From: a virus
Lineage: Duplodnaviria; Caudoviricetes
Strand: one strand, 5' to 3'
DNA: 64,000 nucleotides
IMG/VR virus record: IMGVR_UViG_2904150443_000004
Coordinates: 1-64,000 of that record
This document shows positions 20,218 through 30,923 of the stretch, in pieces. Every line of letters starts with the position of its first letter. The first letter of the stretch is position 1. Made by a program: the position numbers and the translations under genes. The notes below the pieces were generated by a model. That model was not told the origin of the DNA, did not search any database, and was given only the letters and a program-made list of their open reading frames with translations.

Positions 20218-21423
20218 CTATATGATAGATTTAATTTGAATACGTTGAACACTTGAGATTGTGTTGTTAGAATTTGAAATATGTAATTTTACATGTCCGA
20301 TTTTACTGCCAGCAACAAGAACACATTCATTTATATCAGTTGATTGAATTGTTGCCAGTGTAGTAGGTGTATCATCATCACCAAGTAACTTGAATGTCGC
20401 TGAATCATCATATGTCTGCCCATTGTTTTCAAAATGAACAGTAAAAGTTTTCGTTTGTTTTACGTAAATCAATGACTGCGTTTCGAATACAACCGTTAGG
20501 CTGTCAATTACATTTAACTTAACATTCATTACAAATGATTGACGGATATCACCATAAGCGACAATAATCTCAGTTTCACCTTCAGATATTGGTGTGACTA
20601 GTCCATTCTGATCTACAGTTGCTACAGTCTCATTTGATGATGTAAAGGAAAGTGCTGCGCCAGATATGAGTTTATCTCCATCATATAAATGTGCAATAAC
20701 TTGATACGTTTCGCCTATTTTAAGGCTATCTGTTTGATTGAGCACATTTATACTATACTTCTTCAATCGGCTAATATAGTTAGCAATACCTAGTTCCAAG
20801 TTATCGTCTGCGGTATTTATCTCATCCTCATCGACAGTAACGATTGAGATATCACTAACACTAATGGTATCAAGAGCACTGATTTTCCATGCACGACCGT
20901 CAAAAATGAATCTGTTTCCCTTTTTAAACTTAGCAGTTGTCGAGTTTCTATCAACGATTAGACTTCTTCTTTCATTACCAATTGAGATAATCCTACCATC
21001 TTCAACACCAAAGTTAGTTGCTGGATCACTTTTGAAGGTGAAGTAAGCAGACTGAATTGCACCTTCATTATCAATCCATTTCAACTGACCAACACAACGT
21101 CTCATTACAGAGCGATAATAAAGTCCATCTCCCATATTGTCAGTGAGGATAGTAATCCATTTCTCATTTAACCAGTCTACAATATCCCCATTTTTCAGCT
21201 CGTAATCAAAGGCTACGATTTCTTTCTGTTCTTTTACTTTACTGTCATCGACAATAGTTACCCTAATCAGGGTAGGGGATGAGTTAACCGATACTTCAAA
21301 GTAAGAGGGGGAGTTATGAAAGTTACTACGTAAGAAACGATGTGTGTTGGTCATCATGGATGACTTAATGTTGGCTGATGAAATGCGTGTTTTATAGTCG
21401 TTTATAACTCCCAAATTTACCAC
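20218..21423 (-). CDS. head-tail joining protein with Ig-like (Big_2) domain
   Basis: GDIVDW...W, FTSSNETVATVDQNGLVT Big_2 signature. Confidence 0.7.
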   Translation of the reverse strand: MVNLGVINDYKTRISSANIKSSMMTNTHRFLRSNFHNSPSYFEVSVNSSPTLIRVTIVDDSKVKEQKEIVAFDYELKNGDIVDWLNEKWITILTDNMGDGLYYRSVMRRCVGQLKWIDNEGAIQSAYFTFKSDPATNFGVEDGRIISIGNERRSLIVDRNSTTAKFKKGNRFIFDGRAWKISALDTISVSDISIVTVDEDEINTADDNLELGIANYISRLKKYSINVLNQTDSLKIGETYQVIAHLYDGDKLISGAALSFTSSNETVATVDQNGLVTPISEGETEIIVAYGDIRQSFVMNVKLNVIDSLTVVFETQSLIYVKQTKTFTVHFENNGQTYDDSATFKLLGDDDTPTTLATIQSTDINECVLVAGSKIGHVKLHISNSNNTISSVQRIQIKSII

Positions 21424-21424
21424 C

Positions 21425-21835
21425 TCATGTAGAATAATAATAGTAGATCAGGTCTTGATCTGCTTCGTTTATTAATGATTTCTTGAGGTTGGTCAATTTA
21501 TCAAGCATGTTGGCATTACTGTAGGTGGTAAAGTCGCGACTACCGAGAGTTTGCCTAATGTTTTCAAGTCTCAATATTTCGGGTGTTATCCAGTGAACAA
21601 TCATATACTTAGCCAATATCTCTTGTTCTAGATCAGTTAAAGCAAAATTAAATTGCTGAGTAATGTCATCCCTGTTACTTAGCATCTTATCAGTATACTT
21701 AAAATCAGTAATTGCACTTTTAAGGAACTTCAATAAGCTGTTTGATAGTTGATCATCGGCAAGTTCCGCTAAATCATAATCAGTTATTTTCGATAAGAAA
21801 CGGTCGTAAATTAATTCATAGGATGTGGCATCCAT
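21425..21835 (-). CDS. head-tail adaptor protein (YomZ-like)
   Basis: YELIYDRFLSKITDY, LTDLEQEILA..M...W, DFTTYSNAN motifs. Confidence 0.6.
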   Translation of the reverse strand: MDATSYELIYDRFLSKITDYDLAELADDQLSNSLLKFLKSAITDFKYTDKMLSNRDDITQQFNFALTDLEQEILAKYMIVHWITPEILRLENIRQTLGSRDFTTYSNANMLDKLTNLKKSLINEADQDLIYYYYST

Positions 21836-21854
21836 CTAATCACCACAATTCATC

Positions 21855-22292
21855 TTATTCATCTTCAAAAATCCTTGCATTTGTTGCTTTTTCAATAATA
21901 TCGATTTTGGCTTTACTGTCTACCTTAAGCTCGCGTGCAACTTCAACAAATTGTGTAAGAATTGTTGGTTCAGTAATTTCTTGAATAACTTTTTCAAGCT
22001 TCTTATAGTTGCCTTGAATTAATTCGACTATCTCATCATGACGTAATACATTATGGTTTTCTTTTGTTCCATCTTCTTTTTCAATTCCGTATTTTACACG
22101 AATATCTTTATTATCAATCCACAAAATTCCTTTTTGGATTATTTCTTGATTGATATAGATGTATTGGATTTCTTCTTCAGTGATGTCCATAAAAGCAGCT
22201 TGTTTGGATAGCAACCTAAATGATTCAGGTGTAGGATTGAGAAAGAAACCAACGCCACTGTGAATATTATTGATTACTTTGACTTTATTCAT
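21855..22292 (-). CDS. phage structural hypothetical protein (YonA-like position)
   Basis: ORF with RBS directly after the capsid gene. Confidence 0.5.
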   Translation of the reverse strand: MNKVKVINNIHSGVGFFLNPTPESFRLLSKQAAFMDITEEEIQYIYINQEIIQKGILWIDNKDIRVKYGIEKEDGTKENHNVLRHDEIVELIQGNYKKLEKVIQEITEPTILTQFVEVARELKVDSKAKIDIIEKATNARIFEDE

Positions 22293-22354
22293 TTTTTATC
22301 TCCCTTTTTATGAAATACTATAGGGAGCCAATTGACTCCCTAAAATAACCTTAG

Positions 22355-23320
22355 TTATGTAATTGTGATGAGACCAAGGTTAGGAACTTGAAGTACGTTA
22401 ACACCGACTTTTTGAAGTGTTTTCTTAGTAATAGAACCGTCAGTAAAGCTTTGCTGCTCAAGCATTTCAGCGCCACCCTCAAATGTTACTTTAACTGGTT
22501 TATCAGCATTCACCGGAATGACAAACAAGTTTTTGTTATCCAATACCCATTCAGTATTTGTTTCATCTGTGAAAGTGTTTGGTAATTGGACTAGAGCCTT
22601 ACCTTCCCAAACACCAATGAAACCATTTTTGTTAAATTCATCTTTCATGTTGTCAGACATAGAAGCCTTAAATCCAGCATCACTAGTAATATTAGAGAGA
22701 GCTACAGACGTACCTACAATTACAGGTTTTCCGTATGCTGAAACAGTATTTGCTACATTGCGAATTTGTTGTAGAGCAAAAGCGCCAGTGTATTTGTTGG
22801 CAGCAGGAGCATTAATCATTGCTTTTACAAATGTATTTTGAATACTAACAAGAACCTGCTCAAGAGTCTTTTCTGCGATTTCATCAATCATGTCAGTAAA
22901 AGACTCAGCACGACCAGCTAGTACATCGTCCCACTCAGCATAAACAGCAGCTCCGATTGCTTGAGGTTTGGCCTCAACTTTACTTCTGTAAATTTTTTGG
23001 CGACGAATTTCTGAACCAAGTGCAACATACTCAACTTTAATTGTTCCGCGACGAACGTTATATTCTTTTTTTACGCCATGTGGGACATAAGCAATTTCTG
23101 CGATAACGTCTAGAGCATTACCTACACGTTGTTTCAGTACAGCATTTACGTTTTCTTTGATAATTTCATTAATTTCTACTTTATTTCGCTCGTAGTTAGA
23201 CATGAGGTTACTAAAGAGCTCAACCAGTTCTACTTTACGCTGTTCAGTGGTTTGGTCTGCTACTGACGAACGATTATGACGAACGTCCATGCAAAGTTCC
23301 ATAATTAGTTGTTTATTCAT
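22355..23320 (-). CDS. major capsid protein (YonB-like)
   Basis: 321 aa; strong RBS; hairpin at 22321-22342 downstream; G.IGVWEG..LVQLPN motif; follows scaffold and decoration genes. Confidence 0.8.
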   Translation of the reverse strand: MNKQLIMELCMDVRHNRSSVADQTTEQRKVELVELFSNLMSNYERNKVEINEIIKENVNAVLKQRVGNALDVIAEIAYVPHGVKKEYNVRRGTIKVEYVALGSEIRRQKIYRSKVEAKPQAIGAAVYAEWDDVLAGRAESFTDMIDEIAEKTLEQVLVSIQNTFVKAMINAPAANKYTGAFALQQIRNVANTVSAYGKPVIVGTSVALSNITSDAGFKASMSDNMKDEFNKNGFIGVWEGKALVQLPNTFTDETNTEWVLDNKNLFVIPVNADKPVKVTFEGGAEMLEQQSFTDGSITKKTLQKVGVNVLQVPNLGLITIT

Positions 23321-23357
23321 TAAGTATTTCCTCCAAATATAAATAATTTATTTATAA

Positions 23358-23831
23358 TTAAGCTTTCTCAATTTTAAGTGCTAGAGCATCTTGACCATTC
23401 AGTGTTGTTTTTTCCTCAACTCTGAACACTTGGGCAGGGATTGGATCTACAGTTGGGAAAGTGGACGATACTACGAAATTCCCACCAACTTTGGCATAAG
23501 CGAAATCACCTTTAACTACTGCACCAATATTAGAACGATCTCCACTGAAATCAATTTTAGTAGTAGTGATTGTGTCATCTTCTACAAGTGTATATCCCCG
23601 CACCTCCATCCCGCCGACCTCATTGCGGAATTCAGATTCATCACGAGAGTCATATGTATTTGCTACTGATGCTACAAATTTTTGTCTTTTAGTTACATCT
23701 TTAGTGGGAACGAGCTTACCTGTGACATAATCTTCTTCACCTAGCGTTCCGTTTTCAATTGGCTGATCAAAGTCATAGTGACGAGCATGTCCTTTCACTA
23801 AATCAAGACGTGCAATACCATATTTACCCAT
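23358..23831 (-). CDS. capsid decoration/stabilising protein (YonC-like)
   Basis: IENG motif; located between scaffold and capsid genes. Confidence 0.55.
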   Translation of the reverse strand: MGKYGIARLDLVKGHARHYDFDQPIENGTLGEEDYVTGKLVPTKDVTKRQKFVASVANTYDSRDESEFRNEVGGMEVRGYTLVEDDTITTTKIDFSGDRSNIGAVVKGDFAYAKVGGNFVVSSTFPTVDPIPAQVFRVEEKTTLNGQDALALKIEKA

Positions 23832-23861
23832 TAAATTAATTCCTCCATAAATTTATATATT

Positions 23862-25331
23862 TTAGTTAATTCCATACTTTTCAAGTACAGAACCCTTAAT
23901 CAATTCTCCTTGATTACTTGCTACAACTACTACTGGTTTTTCCTTTTCCTTTGGTTCTTTCGATGCAACTTCCTTAGAAATCTGTTCCACAACTGCGGCG
24001 TTTAGTTTTTGCTCATCCAGTTCTTCCAGTGCTGAGACAACGGTTTCTGATTTCATAACTTCCTCAGACAATAAGTTCGAATATTTCTCTACGAGAGCAT
24101 TTTTCTTTGTCTCTTTCTCAGCTTTTTCAAACTTATCTTTAAAAGGAGTGAGCTCACTAATATGATTAGAAAGTTCAGTTTCTTTAAGCTCATGAGTTTT
24201 AATAGTCTCTTGCTGATTCACAATTGTCTGATTAAGTTCAGTAACCTTCTCAGAAAGTTCGGTGACTTTATCCTGAAGTTCTTTAATTTCCTGTTCCGTC
24301 AAGATTTGATCCTCCTTATGTTTGTTATTAATCTCGGTAACCTTAGTATTAAGTTCATTTTCTAGATTTTTGTTTTTTTCAATTAAGGAAGCAATTTCGA
24401 CACCATCAGGAATGAATCCCAATTTACCTTTAGCCCAAGTGTCTTTATTTGATAGCACTACAGAATCATTTACGATATCATAGTCGATTTTCCAAAGTGT
24501 TGAGGAATCATCATATTCCTCTACAAGAACATAGTCATGATACAAATCTCGAATGTAATAATTGTATTTTCTGTATGTTGTTTTTAAGTTAACCGGGTTT
24601 AATATACTGTAGATTTGACCAGAAACTTCACTCCATTTCAACGAAGAAGTCTCTACTCCTGTATGATAATTGATATCCTTGCCTTTATTAAAAACCTCTG
24701 TTTGTTCTTTGCTCATATCTACACCTCCTTCAAAGTCAGAATTAAATGCTTCGGCTATCAGTAATGTGGCTTTGCTCTTTGCTTCTGCTGGTTCTGAAAC
24801 CACAGCGGAACCGATCAAATGATTTATTTTCTTTCCGTATTTATAGGCAATATAGCGAATTCCATCTTCTTGCTTTTCATATCCAGCGACCAAAACTTCA
24901 CATGACATTTCAAGGTCATCATCATTGTAAAGTTCAAGTAATGCTTCACAAACTTTAGGGTATCGCTTAAGTACCCTTACACTGCCCATAAGCTTCAAAG
25001 AGCCGTCTTCGTCTTCTTCAGACCAAAAATCTATAAATGAGCCAATAACTTGTGTTATTAATTGACCAGTCTTTTTATCTAATTCATGTGTTAATGACTT
25101 ATATAAACCTTTTTCTAGTTTGTGCTTGTTTACAACCAATGGTATGCCAATGTATTTTTCCTTGTTGGTAACAACACCATTAATGAAGTCATCTGTGAAC
25201 TCTACACCGTTGAAATTAACCTTATTAGTCAAAATACACATGTTAAGAACCATGTATATATCGTTTGATTCTTCGCTTAATTCAATATATTTTGCTCTTA
25301 ATAGTATTTTCTCTTCGCTCATTTTTCTCAT
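23862..25331 (-). CDS. prohead protease/scaffold protein (YonD-like)
   Basis: N-terminal NFNGVEF...SCEV...GSAVV.EPA protease-like domain plus acidic coiled-coil C-terminus. Confidence 0.7.
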   Translation of the reverse strand: MRKMSEEKILLRAKYIELSEESNDIYMVLNMCILTNKVNFNGVEFTDDFINGVVTNKEKYIGIPLVVNKHKLEKGLYKSLTHELDKKTGQLITQVIGSFIDFWSEEDEDGSLKLMGSVRVLKRYPKVCEALLELYNDDDLEMSCEVLVAGYEKQEDGIRYIAYKYGKKINHLIGSAVVSEPAEAKSKATLLIAEAFNSDFEGGVDMSKEQTEVFNKGKDINYHTGVETSSLKWSEVSGQIYSILNPVNLKTTYRKYNYYIRDLYHDYVLVEEYDDSSTLWKIDYDIVNDSVVLSNKDTWAKGKLGFIPDGVEIASLIEKNKNLENELNTKVTEINNKHKEDQILTEQEIKELQDKVTELSEKVTELNQTIVNQQETIKTHELKETELSNHISELTPFKDKFEKAEKETKKNALVEKYSNLLSEEVMKSETVVSALEELDEQKLNAAVVEQISKEVASKEPKEKEKPVVVVASNQGELIKGSVLEKYGIN

Positions 25332-25360
25332 TTCACCTCCTTCATTTCGTCTACATAATT

Positions 25361-26944
25361 TTAATCAGAAGGTGAGGGGTTATTATTGCCGCCATATGAC
25401 TTACTCTTTGTGTTTCCGTCATTAATAGCATCTCCCTCTGGTCTACCTCCTGAATTTGAGGGCATTGTATGGGCATTTAGTGGGGGCTTGATGAACTCAT
25501 GAATTTTCAACACTTCATTTTCATATTTAGCCATTCCAAGAGCATAATGATAAGGTACACCAAGTAATGCCTCTGCCCAAGGAGAGAATATCCCTGTTTG
25601 TTGATAGAATGTATAGCACTTATCTATATATTTATCTTTATCTAACATTGTCGTCCTATCGAAATAGAACTTACATGAAATATCGGTTGGAAATTTTTCT
25701 TCTATGTAGTTATTGATTATTGTTTCAATGTCTTCTAGAACAGTAAAGATCGTTCGAAAGAACTTTTCACTGTTCATTGTTGCTGCTGAAAAGTTAGCGC
25801 CAGATCCATAGATTAATGCCTCTGAAACGCCCAAGTTCATAAAGACATCAGAATTAATCTTGTTATACAAGTCCTTAGTAAACATTTCTACTTCCACATC
25901 TAGACTCTCAAGCTTGAAGAAATCAGGTAGTGCCATTACCGCAGTTCCGCTTGTATCATTACTACTGGAGTTATTACTCTGACCTTTTTTAACAAGCAGT
26001 TTACTAACCTCTTTAAAATATCCTTCGATTAATGGTTTTGGTGCGGGTTTATTAGAATCTTTCCCGCCTATGTTACCAGCATAGAGAATTAAGATTTTCT
26101 TGGTGAGCTGATCTGCCTGACTACGTTCAACACGAGCGATTATTTCCTTTTGAATCAATGAAGTCCATGCGCCCATACTTAATGGAAATCCATATGGCAT
26201 GTTTCTGTTGTTATCTAATCCAAGCACTTCACAATTAGAAATTCTGATATATCTTGCTGAATCATCTTTTGTTCTCTGGTAATTTAGATAGGCTGACTTT
26301 GTTACTTCATCAGGTAGGGACTCAATTACAATAGCAATATCATTTGCAGATGCATTTGATGGTAGAGTTCTTTTTATTGAAGCTAAGTCATATTCAACAA
26401 CCCACTTACCATTCTCTTGTCTGTTTATTCTAAGATCATCTAACTCAAGAAATTGTACGTACTTGCCATTTCTCAGACATGAAACAACAGTGCCCATTTC
26501 TCCGACTTCATACAAGGCATCACGAACAAACTTTTTGACATTAATAGAGTCTAGAAAATCATAGATCTCTTTTTCGAATTCCGTAATCAATTCAAGATCT
26601 TCATAACTAGACCATGCCAAATGATAGTTAAGTGTAGGTAGTGATTTAAAAGCCTTGAGAACATCTTTGATTATCCCGTGCTTGTTAGTTAGATATTTAG
26701 AAGCAGTTCTAATTCTTTTTATATTCTCGTATGGATTGCGCAAATAATTATATAGATCAGTAAGCTTAATATCAGTTAGAGAAGCGCCAGAACCATATTG
26801 GGTTACATAGTCTGTTAGGGAACAGAGTTCATAAAGATGTTCGTCATTCTGAATATTACTAGATGATGAAGCAGTCTCGGTTATGGGTTTTTGTTTTGGA
26901 GGTCGACCACGTTTTCTACGTTCACCAGTTACCTGTGTTACAAT
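25361..26944 (-). CDS. portal protein (YonE-like); probable ATT start at 26944
   Basis: Between terminase and protease; frame open 67 codons upstream of the tracked TTG to an ATT 5 nt after AAAGGAGG; C-terminal GGRP motif. Confidence 0.78.
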   Translation of the reverse strand: MVTQVTGERRKRGRPPKQKPITETASSSSNIQNDEHLYELCSLTDYVTQYGSGASLTDIKLTDLYNYLRNPYENIKRIRTASKYLTNKHGIIKDVLKAFKSLPTLNYHLAWSSYEDLELITEFEKEIYDFLDSINVKKFVRDALYEVGEMGTVVSCLRNGKYVQFLELDDLRINRQENGKWVVEYDLASIKRTLPSNASANDIAIVIESLPDEVTKSAYLNYQRTKDDSARYIRISNCEVLGLDNNRNMPYGFPLSMGAWTSLIQKEIIARVERSQADQLTKKILILYAGNIGGKDSNKPAPKPLIEGYFKEVSKLLVKKGQSNNSSSNDTSGTAVMALPDFFKLESLDVEVEMFTKDLYNKINSDVFMNLGVSEALIYGSGANFSAATMNSEKFFRTIFTVLEDIETIINNYIEEKFPTDISCKFYFDRTTMLDKDKYIDKCYTFYQQTGIFSPWAEALLGVPYHYALGMAKYENEVLKIHEFIKPPLNAHTMPSNSGGRPEGDAINDGNTKSKSYGGNNNPSPSD

Positions 26945-26959
26945 AAAAACCTCCTTTCA

Positions 26960-29900
26960 TTAGAATCCTGATTGCATGAAGAACATATAATCATCTTCAT
27001 TTTCTTCTTCTACTTTTGACAAGAACTCTTTGATATACCACAATCCCATAACAAGTGAACTATATCTGTCCTTGTCTACTCTTTTTGTTAACTGCTCAAC
27101 AGTGTATTTTCCATTCTGTGTTTGTTTTAATTTGAGATTTGCTACTTCCTCAAGTAATAAATCTGTTTGAACGTGAGGAAGTACATTATTGTTAAAATAA
27201 TCAGTGTCATTAACTTCATAGTTATTTTCAGTATTTTTGATTAATAACTGCAACTTGCAACTTTCTACCATGTCAATGAAGTTGACTATTATGTCATGGT
27301 TAATACCTTGAGCCATGAGAGCATATACTATCTTTTCCGAATCGACTATGTCTGGTTCATCTTCCGTGTTTATAGTATCCCAGCATCCTAAGCTTTCTTC
27401 AGTTATTGGGTCGATTGTTTCTTTAAGAAGTTCATCCTTCAAGCCAACACCAACACCATTCACGTCAACAACAACTACTTTTGCGCCGTATCTCTTTTTT
27501 ATCTTTTTGATTTCAATAGCTTGGGCAGTGAAATTTAGACCATTTGGCAAGTTAATAAGATTTACAAGAGACACTTTACTTATCTTTTGGTCTTTCGTCT
27601 TCTTTATTTTTAGCACAGAGATTGAAGTCTTATTGTTATTCTGAGAGAGGGAACGTGCCACGTCTACACTCAGGATATAAATATATCTTTCATCTCCCTT
27701 TAACTCAGGAGATTTTAGGGTTCGTAAGTCAATTACTTTGTTAATGCTTACTAGCGCTGAATCAGATGCACCAACCCACTTAGATTCATAGTTCATAGCA
27801 AAGAACGTTGGAGATAGCCTTGATTTCTTATCAAGTATCGTAGACCTTGGTTCACCACGGCTATAATTAACAGCTAGTTGCCAATCAGAGCCAATAACGA
27901 TCTTACCTTTTAATTCTGCCATTTCATCCAACATACTGATGTTTCGTTCAAACTCAGAAGAGCCTCTAAATCCAGAAGTTGTCATGAAATTTATTTGACC
28001 ATTCAACTCTTCAGGATTTATTAACGCTAAACTACCAATTGTCCTTCTCGGAACGTTAACAATTGGCTCTAGAACATCTTCGAAAAGTGCGTTATTCAAC
28101 AAGTTACTTTCTTCAACGTTTAATCTTTTTCTACGAGCACCTTTAGAACTTTGAGCATTAGCCATAACATCAATACGTGCTCCAGAAGTAAAAACAATCT
28201 CAACTGAATCTTTTGAGAAAGAAGGTCTGCCTTGGATCTCGTTTTGAATCATTGGATAGAATCTTAATATTTCTCTGAATTTTTCATCTACTAATTTTGC
28301 GGCATTTTCTCTGGTCTGAGCTGTCATTGATATTTCAATATCAGGATAGAAAATACAAGCGTGAACCATTGCCATTATCTCTAATAGCGTATTATGACTG
28401 ACAAAACCATTGGAGACAAAACTATGTGTTTCAGGTAATGAAAGATCATAAACATGATTTTCACTGTTATTTATTTGTTTTACCCTTGAGTAGAAATAGT
28501 TAGTATCAGATAAATTCTTAAGCTCAAAATATTCAGTTGTGTCTGAGACATTCTCCAAGTTTAGTAAATGATCAAGTTTTTCATAAGTAAGATTATTATT
28601 TCCTTTAAGGAGATGATAAACTTTATCGTATAAGTATGAATTATGGTTTTTTGCTTTATTATAGAAGGCACGAACTAGGTTATGCTGGTATGGAATGATG
28701 TCTTTATTGGTATTTCTCTTAATGTCACGACATAAATCAACTAATTTATCCTGTTTTCTCTTACAAGAAAACCCAATATACTTATAGAATAAATCCATAT
28801 CCTTTCCGGTAATAGTAATTCGATATGAATATGTCTTATATTCTTTATTGAATTTTCTTGATCGAGTTGACACTATACCGAAATTTAGCAATACACTCTG
28901 CACTTGCTTCGATAATTTCTTTGAAGCTGTACAGTATTCTATATATGTGTTTGATAAGCCACCATCAGTATCAAATAAACCTCTTATAAAAGATGACACG
29001 AAGTCTTTTGGTGATTCTAAAATAACCTTTGGTATTTCTTTGCGGTAAGCATCTACTTGCTCTAAACCAAGTTGTTTAAAATATTCTCTTACATATTTTC
29101 CGTTTACATAATAATCTATATCAGTCTTTTTTTTGACTTCAATATTTAGCTCTTCACTAAAAAAGTTAATATAGTTGGATATAATATCTTCATCTTTAGA
29201 TGTGAATATTATTCGATTATCCATTGTTAAGCATCCATCACCAACAAGGTAACCAAGAATTAAAGCTAGTTGTTCTGTTAGAATAGTAGGAGTGGAACAC
29301 ATTGATTTTTCGATTTTCCATCTACTACTTTTTCCGAACGAATCTAAAAATGAATCCATATCAACATTTAGTGTAATTTTTTTTCCCCATTTGTCATTAT
29401 TTCTATTTATTACAATATAGTCCCCAATTAGGATATCTTCAGTTCGTTTCCAAGCTACTTCACCAGAATCTGTCATAACTAAGACAGGGTGATTTAGTGA
29501 ACTCTCTAATTCATATCCTTCTTCTGTTAAAATTACTCTTGTTGGCAACTTACCGCTATAAACACCTGCATTAGTACTTTCTAATTCTCCAAATCTGTTC
29601 ACCAGTTTTATATTTTTAACAATATATCTTTCTTTACCGGATTCATCATAATCGAAAAATGAACCTATCTCTTTCATACCACCTTCAGTAAAGAGGATTG
29701 TGTCACCGGATACACATTTGCCATAGCCACGAGGGAATACCATGTAGTTAGAAATGAACCTTGCAACACAACGTAAATATATACGTTGATCTAAATCTAA
29801 TCTGATTCCACCTGTTGGGGGAGTAATTAAATCCCACCACAAATCAGGATAGAATCTAGCCCATGAAACGAAATTACTATATTTATCGAGATTTTGAGTG

Positions 29901-30022
29901 AAACTATCTGACTCCATAACACCGCGAGATGAGACAGTTGGATTGAATTCAGGATTTCGAGTATCTAATCTATTTTTAGTATGTTTTGCATTATCAGATT
30001 GAAAGTTCTTATATGAGGCCAT
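26960..30022 (-). CDS. terminase large subunit (YonF-like) interrupted by an intein
   Basis: Walker A PRGYGK|T, Walker B NVEE, nuclease SVDVAR, KDRYSS; start MASYKNF at 30022. Confidence 0.92.
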   Translation of the reverse strand: MASYKNFQSDNAKHTKNRLDTRNPEFNPTVSSRGVMESDSFTQNLDKYSNFVSWARFYPDLWWDLITPPTGGIRLDLDQRIYLRCVARFISNYMVFPRGYGKCVSGDTILFTEGGMKEIGSFFDYDESGKERYIVKNIKLVNRFGELESTNAGVYSGKLPTRVILTEEGYELESSLNHPVLVMTDSGEVAWKRTEDILIGDYIVINRNNDKWGKKITLNVDMDSFLDSFGKSSRWKIEKSMCSTPTILTEQLALILGYLVGDGCLTMDNRIIFTSKDEDIISNYINFFSEELNIEVKKKTDIDYYVNGKYVREYFKQLGLEQVDAYRKEIPKVILESPKDFVSSFIRGLFDTDGGLSNTYIEYCTASKKLSKQVQSVLLNFGIVSTRSRKFNKEYKTYSYRITITGKDMDLFYKYIGFSCKRKQDKLVDLCRDIKRNTNKDIIPYQHNLVRAFYNKAKNHNSYLYDKVYHLLKGNNNLTYEKLDHLLNLENVSDTTEYFELKNLSDTNYFYSRVKQINNSENHVYDLSLPETHSFVSNGFVSHNTLLEIMAMVHACIFYPDIEISMTAQTRENAAKLVDEKFREILRFYPMIQNEIQGRPSFSKDSVEIVFTSGARIDVMANAQSSKGARRKRLNVEESNLLNNALFEDVLEPIVNVPRRTIGSLALINPEELNGQINFMTTSGFRGSSEFERNISMLDEMAELKGKIVIGSDWQLAVNYSRGEPRSTILDKKSRLSPTFFAMNYESKWVGASDSALVSINKVIDLRTLKSPELKGDERYIYILSVDVARSLSQNNNKTSISVLKIKKTKDQKISKVSLVNLINLPNGLNFTAQAIEIKKIKKRYGAKVVVVDVNGVGVGLKDELLKETIDPITEESLGCWDTINTEDEPDIVDSEKIVYALMAQGINHDIIVNFIDMVESCKLQLLIKNTENNYEVNDTDYFNNNVLPHVQTDLLLEEVANLKLKQTQNGKYTVEQLTKRVDKDRYSSLVMGLWYIKEFLSKVEEENEDDYMFFMQSGF
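28391..29716 (-). mobile_element. intein with LAGLIDADG homing endonuclease (442 aa)
   Basis: Begins CVSGDT, block B S..HP, LGYLVGDG and FIRGLFDTDG, ends VYDLSL..THSFVSNGFVSHN followed by Thr. Confidence 0.95.
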
Positions 30023-30923
30023 TTTCATCACCATTGGAAGCAGCATCTTCATAAGCTTTCTTTCTGACTTCATAAAACTCATAAATATCTTTATATTCTG
30101 CCGCTGGTAGTCCTTTTAAGTCACGCGCATAATTGACATAACACCATAAAGTGAAATCACCTCTATCTTGTGGTCTCGCTTTAAAACGTGGCAGGATTGG
30201 AATGATATCGACAGCCTGTTCAACTGTTCTTACCAATTGACCAAAGGTGTCCAAACCATCTGATAAATCAGATTTTGATAATTGAGACGGATTTATCTTT
30301 GCAGCAGTAGCCGCATCCTTAGCAAGAGTACCCCATTCCTTCGCAGCTTTTGAATCACCCTGAGCAGTAGCTAATTCCTCTTTAACTCTATATCTAATAT
30401 AAGTTAGTAGAGCCTCTGTATGCATCGCTGTCTTTTCTTGATAGTTGTTCTTTAACATGCTATATTTGCGCTCAAATGAACGATACTCGTCAGATGTGTA
30501 TCCATCTCCCCACTTATCAATCAATTCATCAGTAAGTTGAAATTGAGTAGAGAGTGTAAATTGTTGGTTAATATTTATATTAGGTTCTACGTAATTTTCT
30601 TTATTAATAGGCTCAAAAACGCTATCTCCCCATGTATATCCTTTATAATTCTTAAGGCCAATGTTCTTCATATATTTTCCGAAAACATTGTCTGGATTTT
30701 CTTTCATGGATGAATCGACTATATGATAGATGTAAGGCTTATCAATAAGGCGGAGTATAGATTTTAATGATTCGTATGGTTCATTATGATCATACATGTT
30801 ATTAAGACAAGTTTTACATACGGAAACTCGACCATCAGAAGATAATTTGGAGTAACTAACATAAAACTCTTTTGTAACATTCTTTTCTATATAGCATTTA
30901 GAGCATTGTTTTTTACTTGACAT
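30009..30923 (-). CDS. Zn-finger protein upstream of terminase (YonG-like, probable small subunit)
   Basis: CxxC...FY...CKxC N-terminus; KWG.GY motif; overlaps the TerL start. Confidence 0.65.
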   Translation of the reverse strand: MSSKKQCSKCYIEKNVTKEFYVSYSKLSSDGRVSVCKTCLNNMYDHNEPYESLKSILRLIDKPYIYHIVDSSMKENPDNVFGKYMKNIGLKNYKGYTWGDSVFEPINKENYVEPNININQQFTLSTQFQLTDELIDKWGDGYTSDEYRSFERKYSMLKNNYQEKTAMHTEALLTYIRYRVKEELATAQGDSKAAKEWGTLAKDAATAAKINPSQLSKSDLSDGLDTFGQLVRTVEQAVDIIPILPRFKARPQDRGDFTLWCYVNYARDLKGLPAAEYKDIYEFYEVRKKAYEDAASNGDENGLI

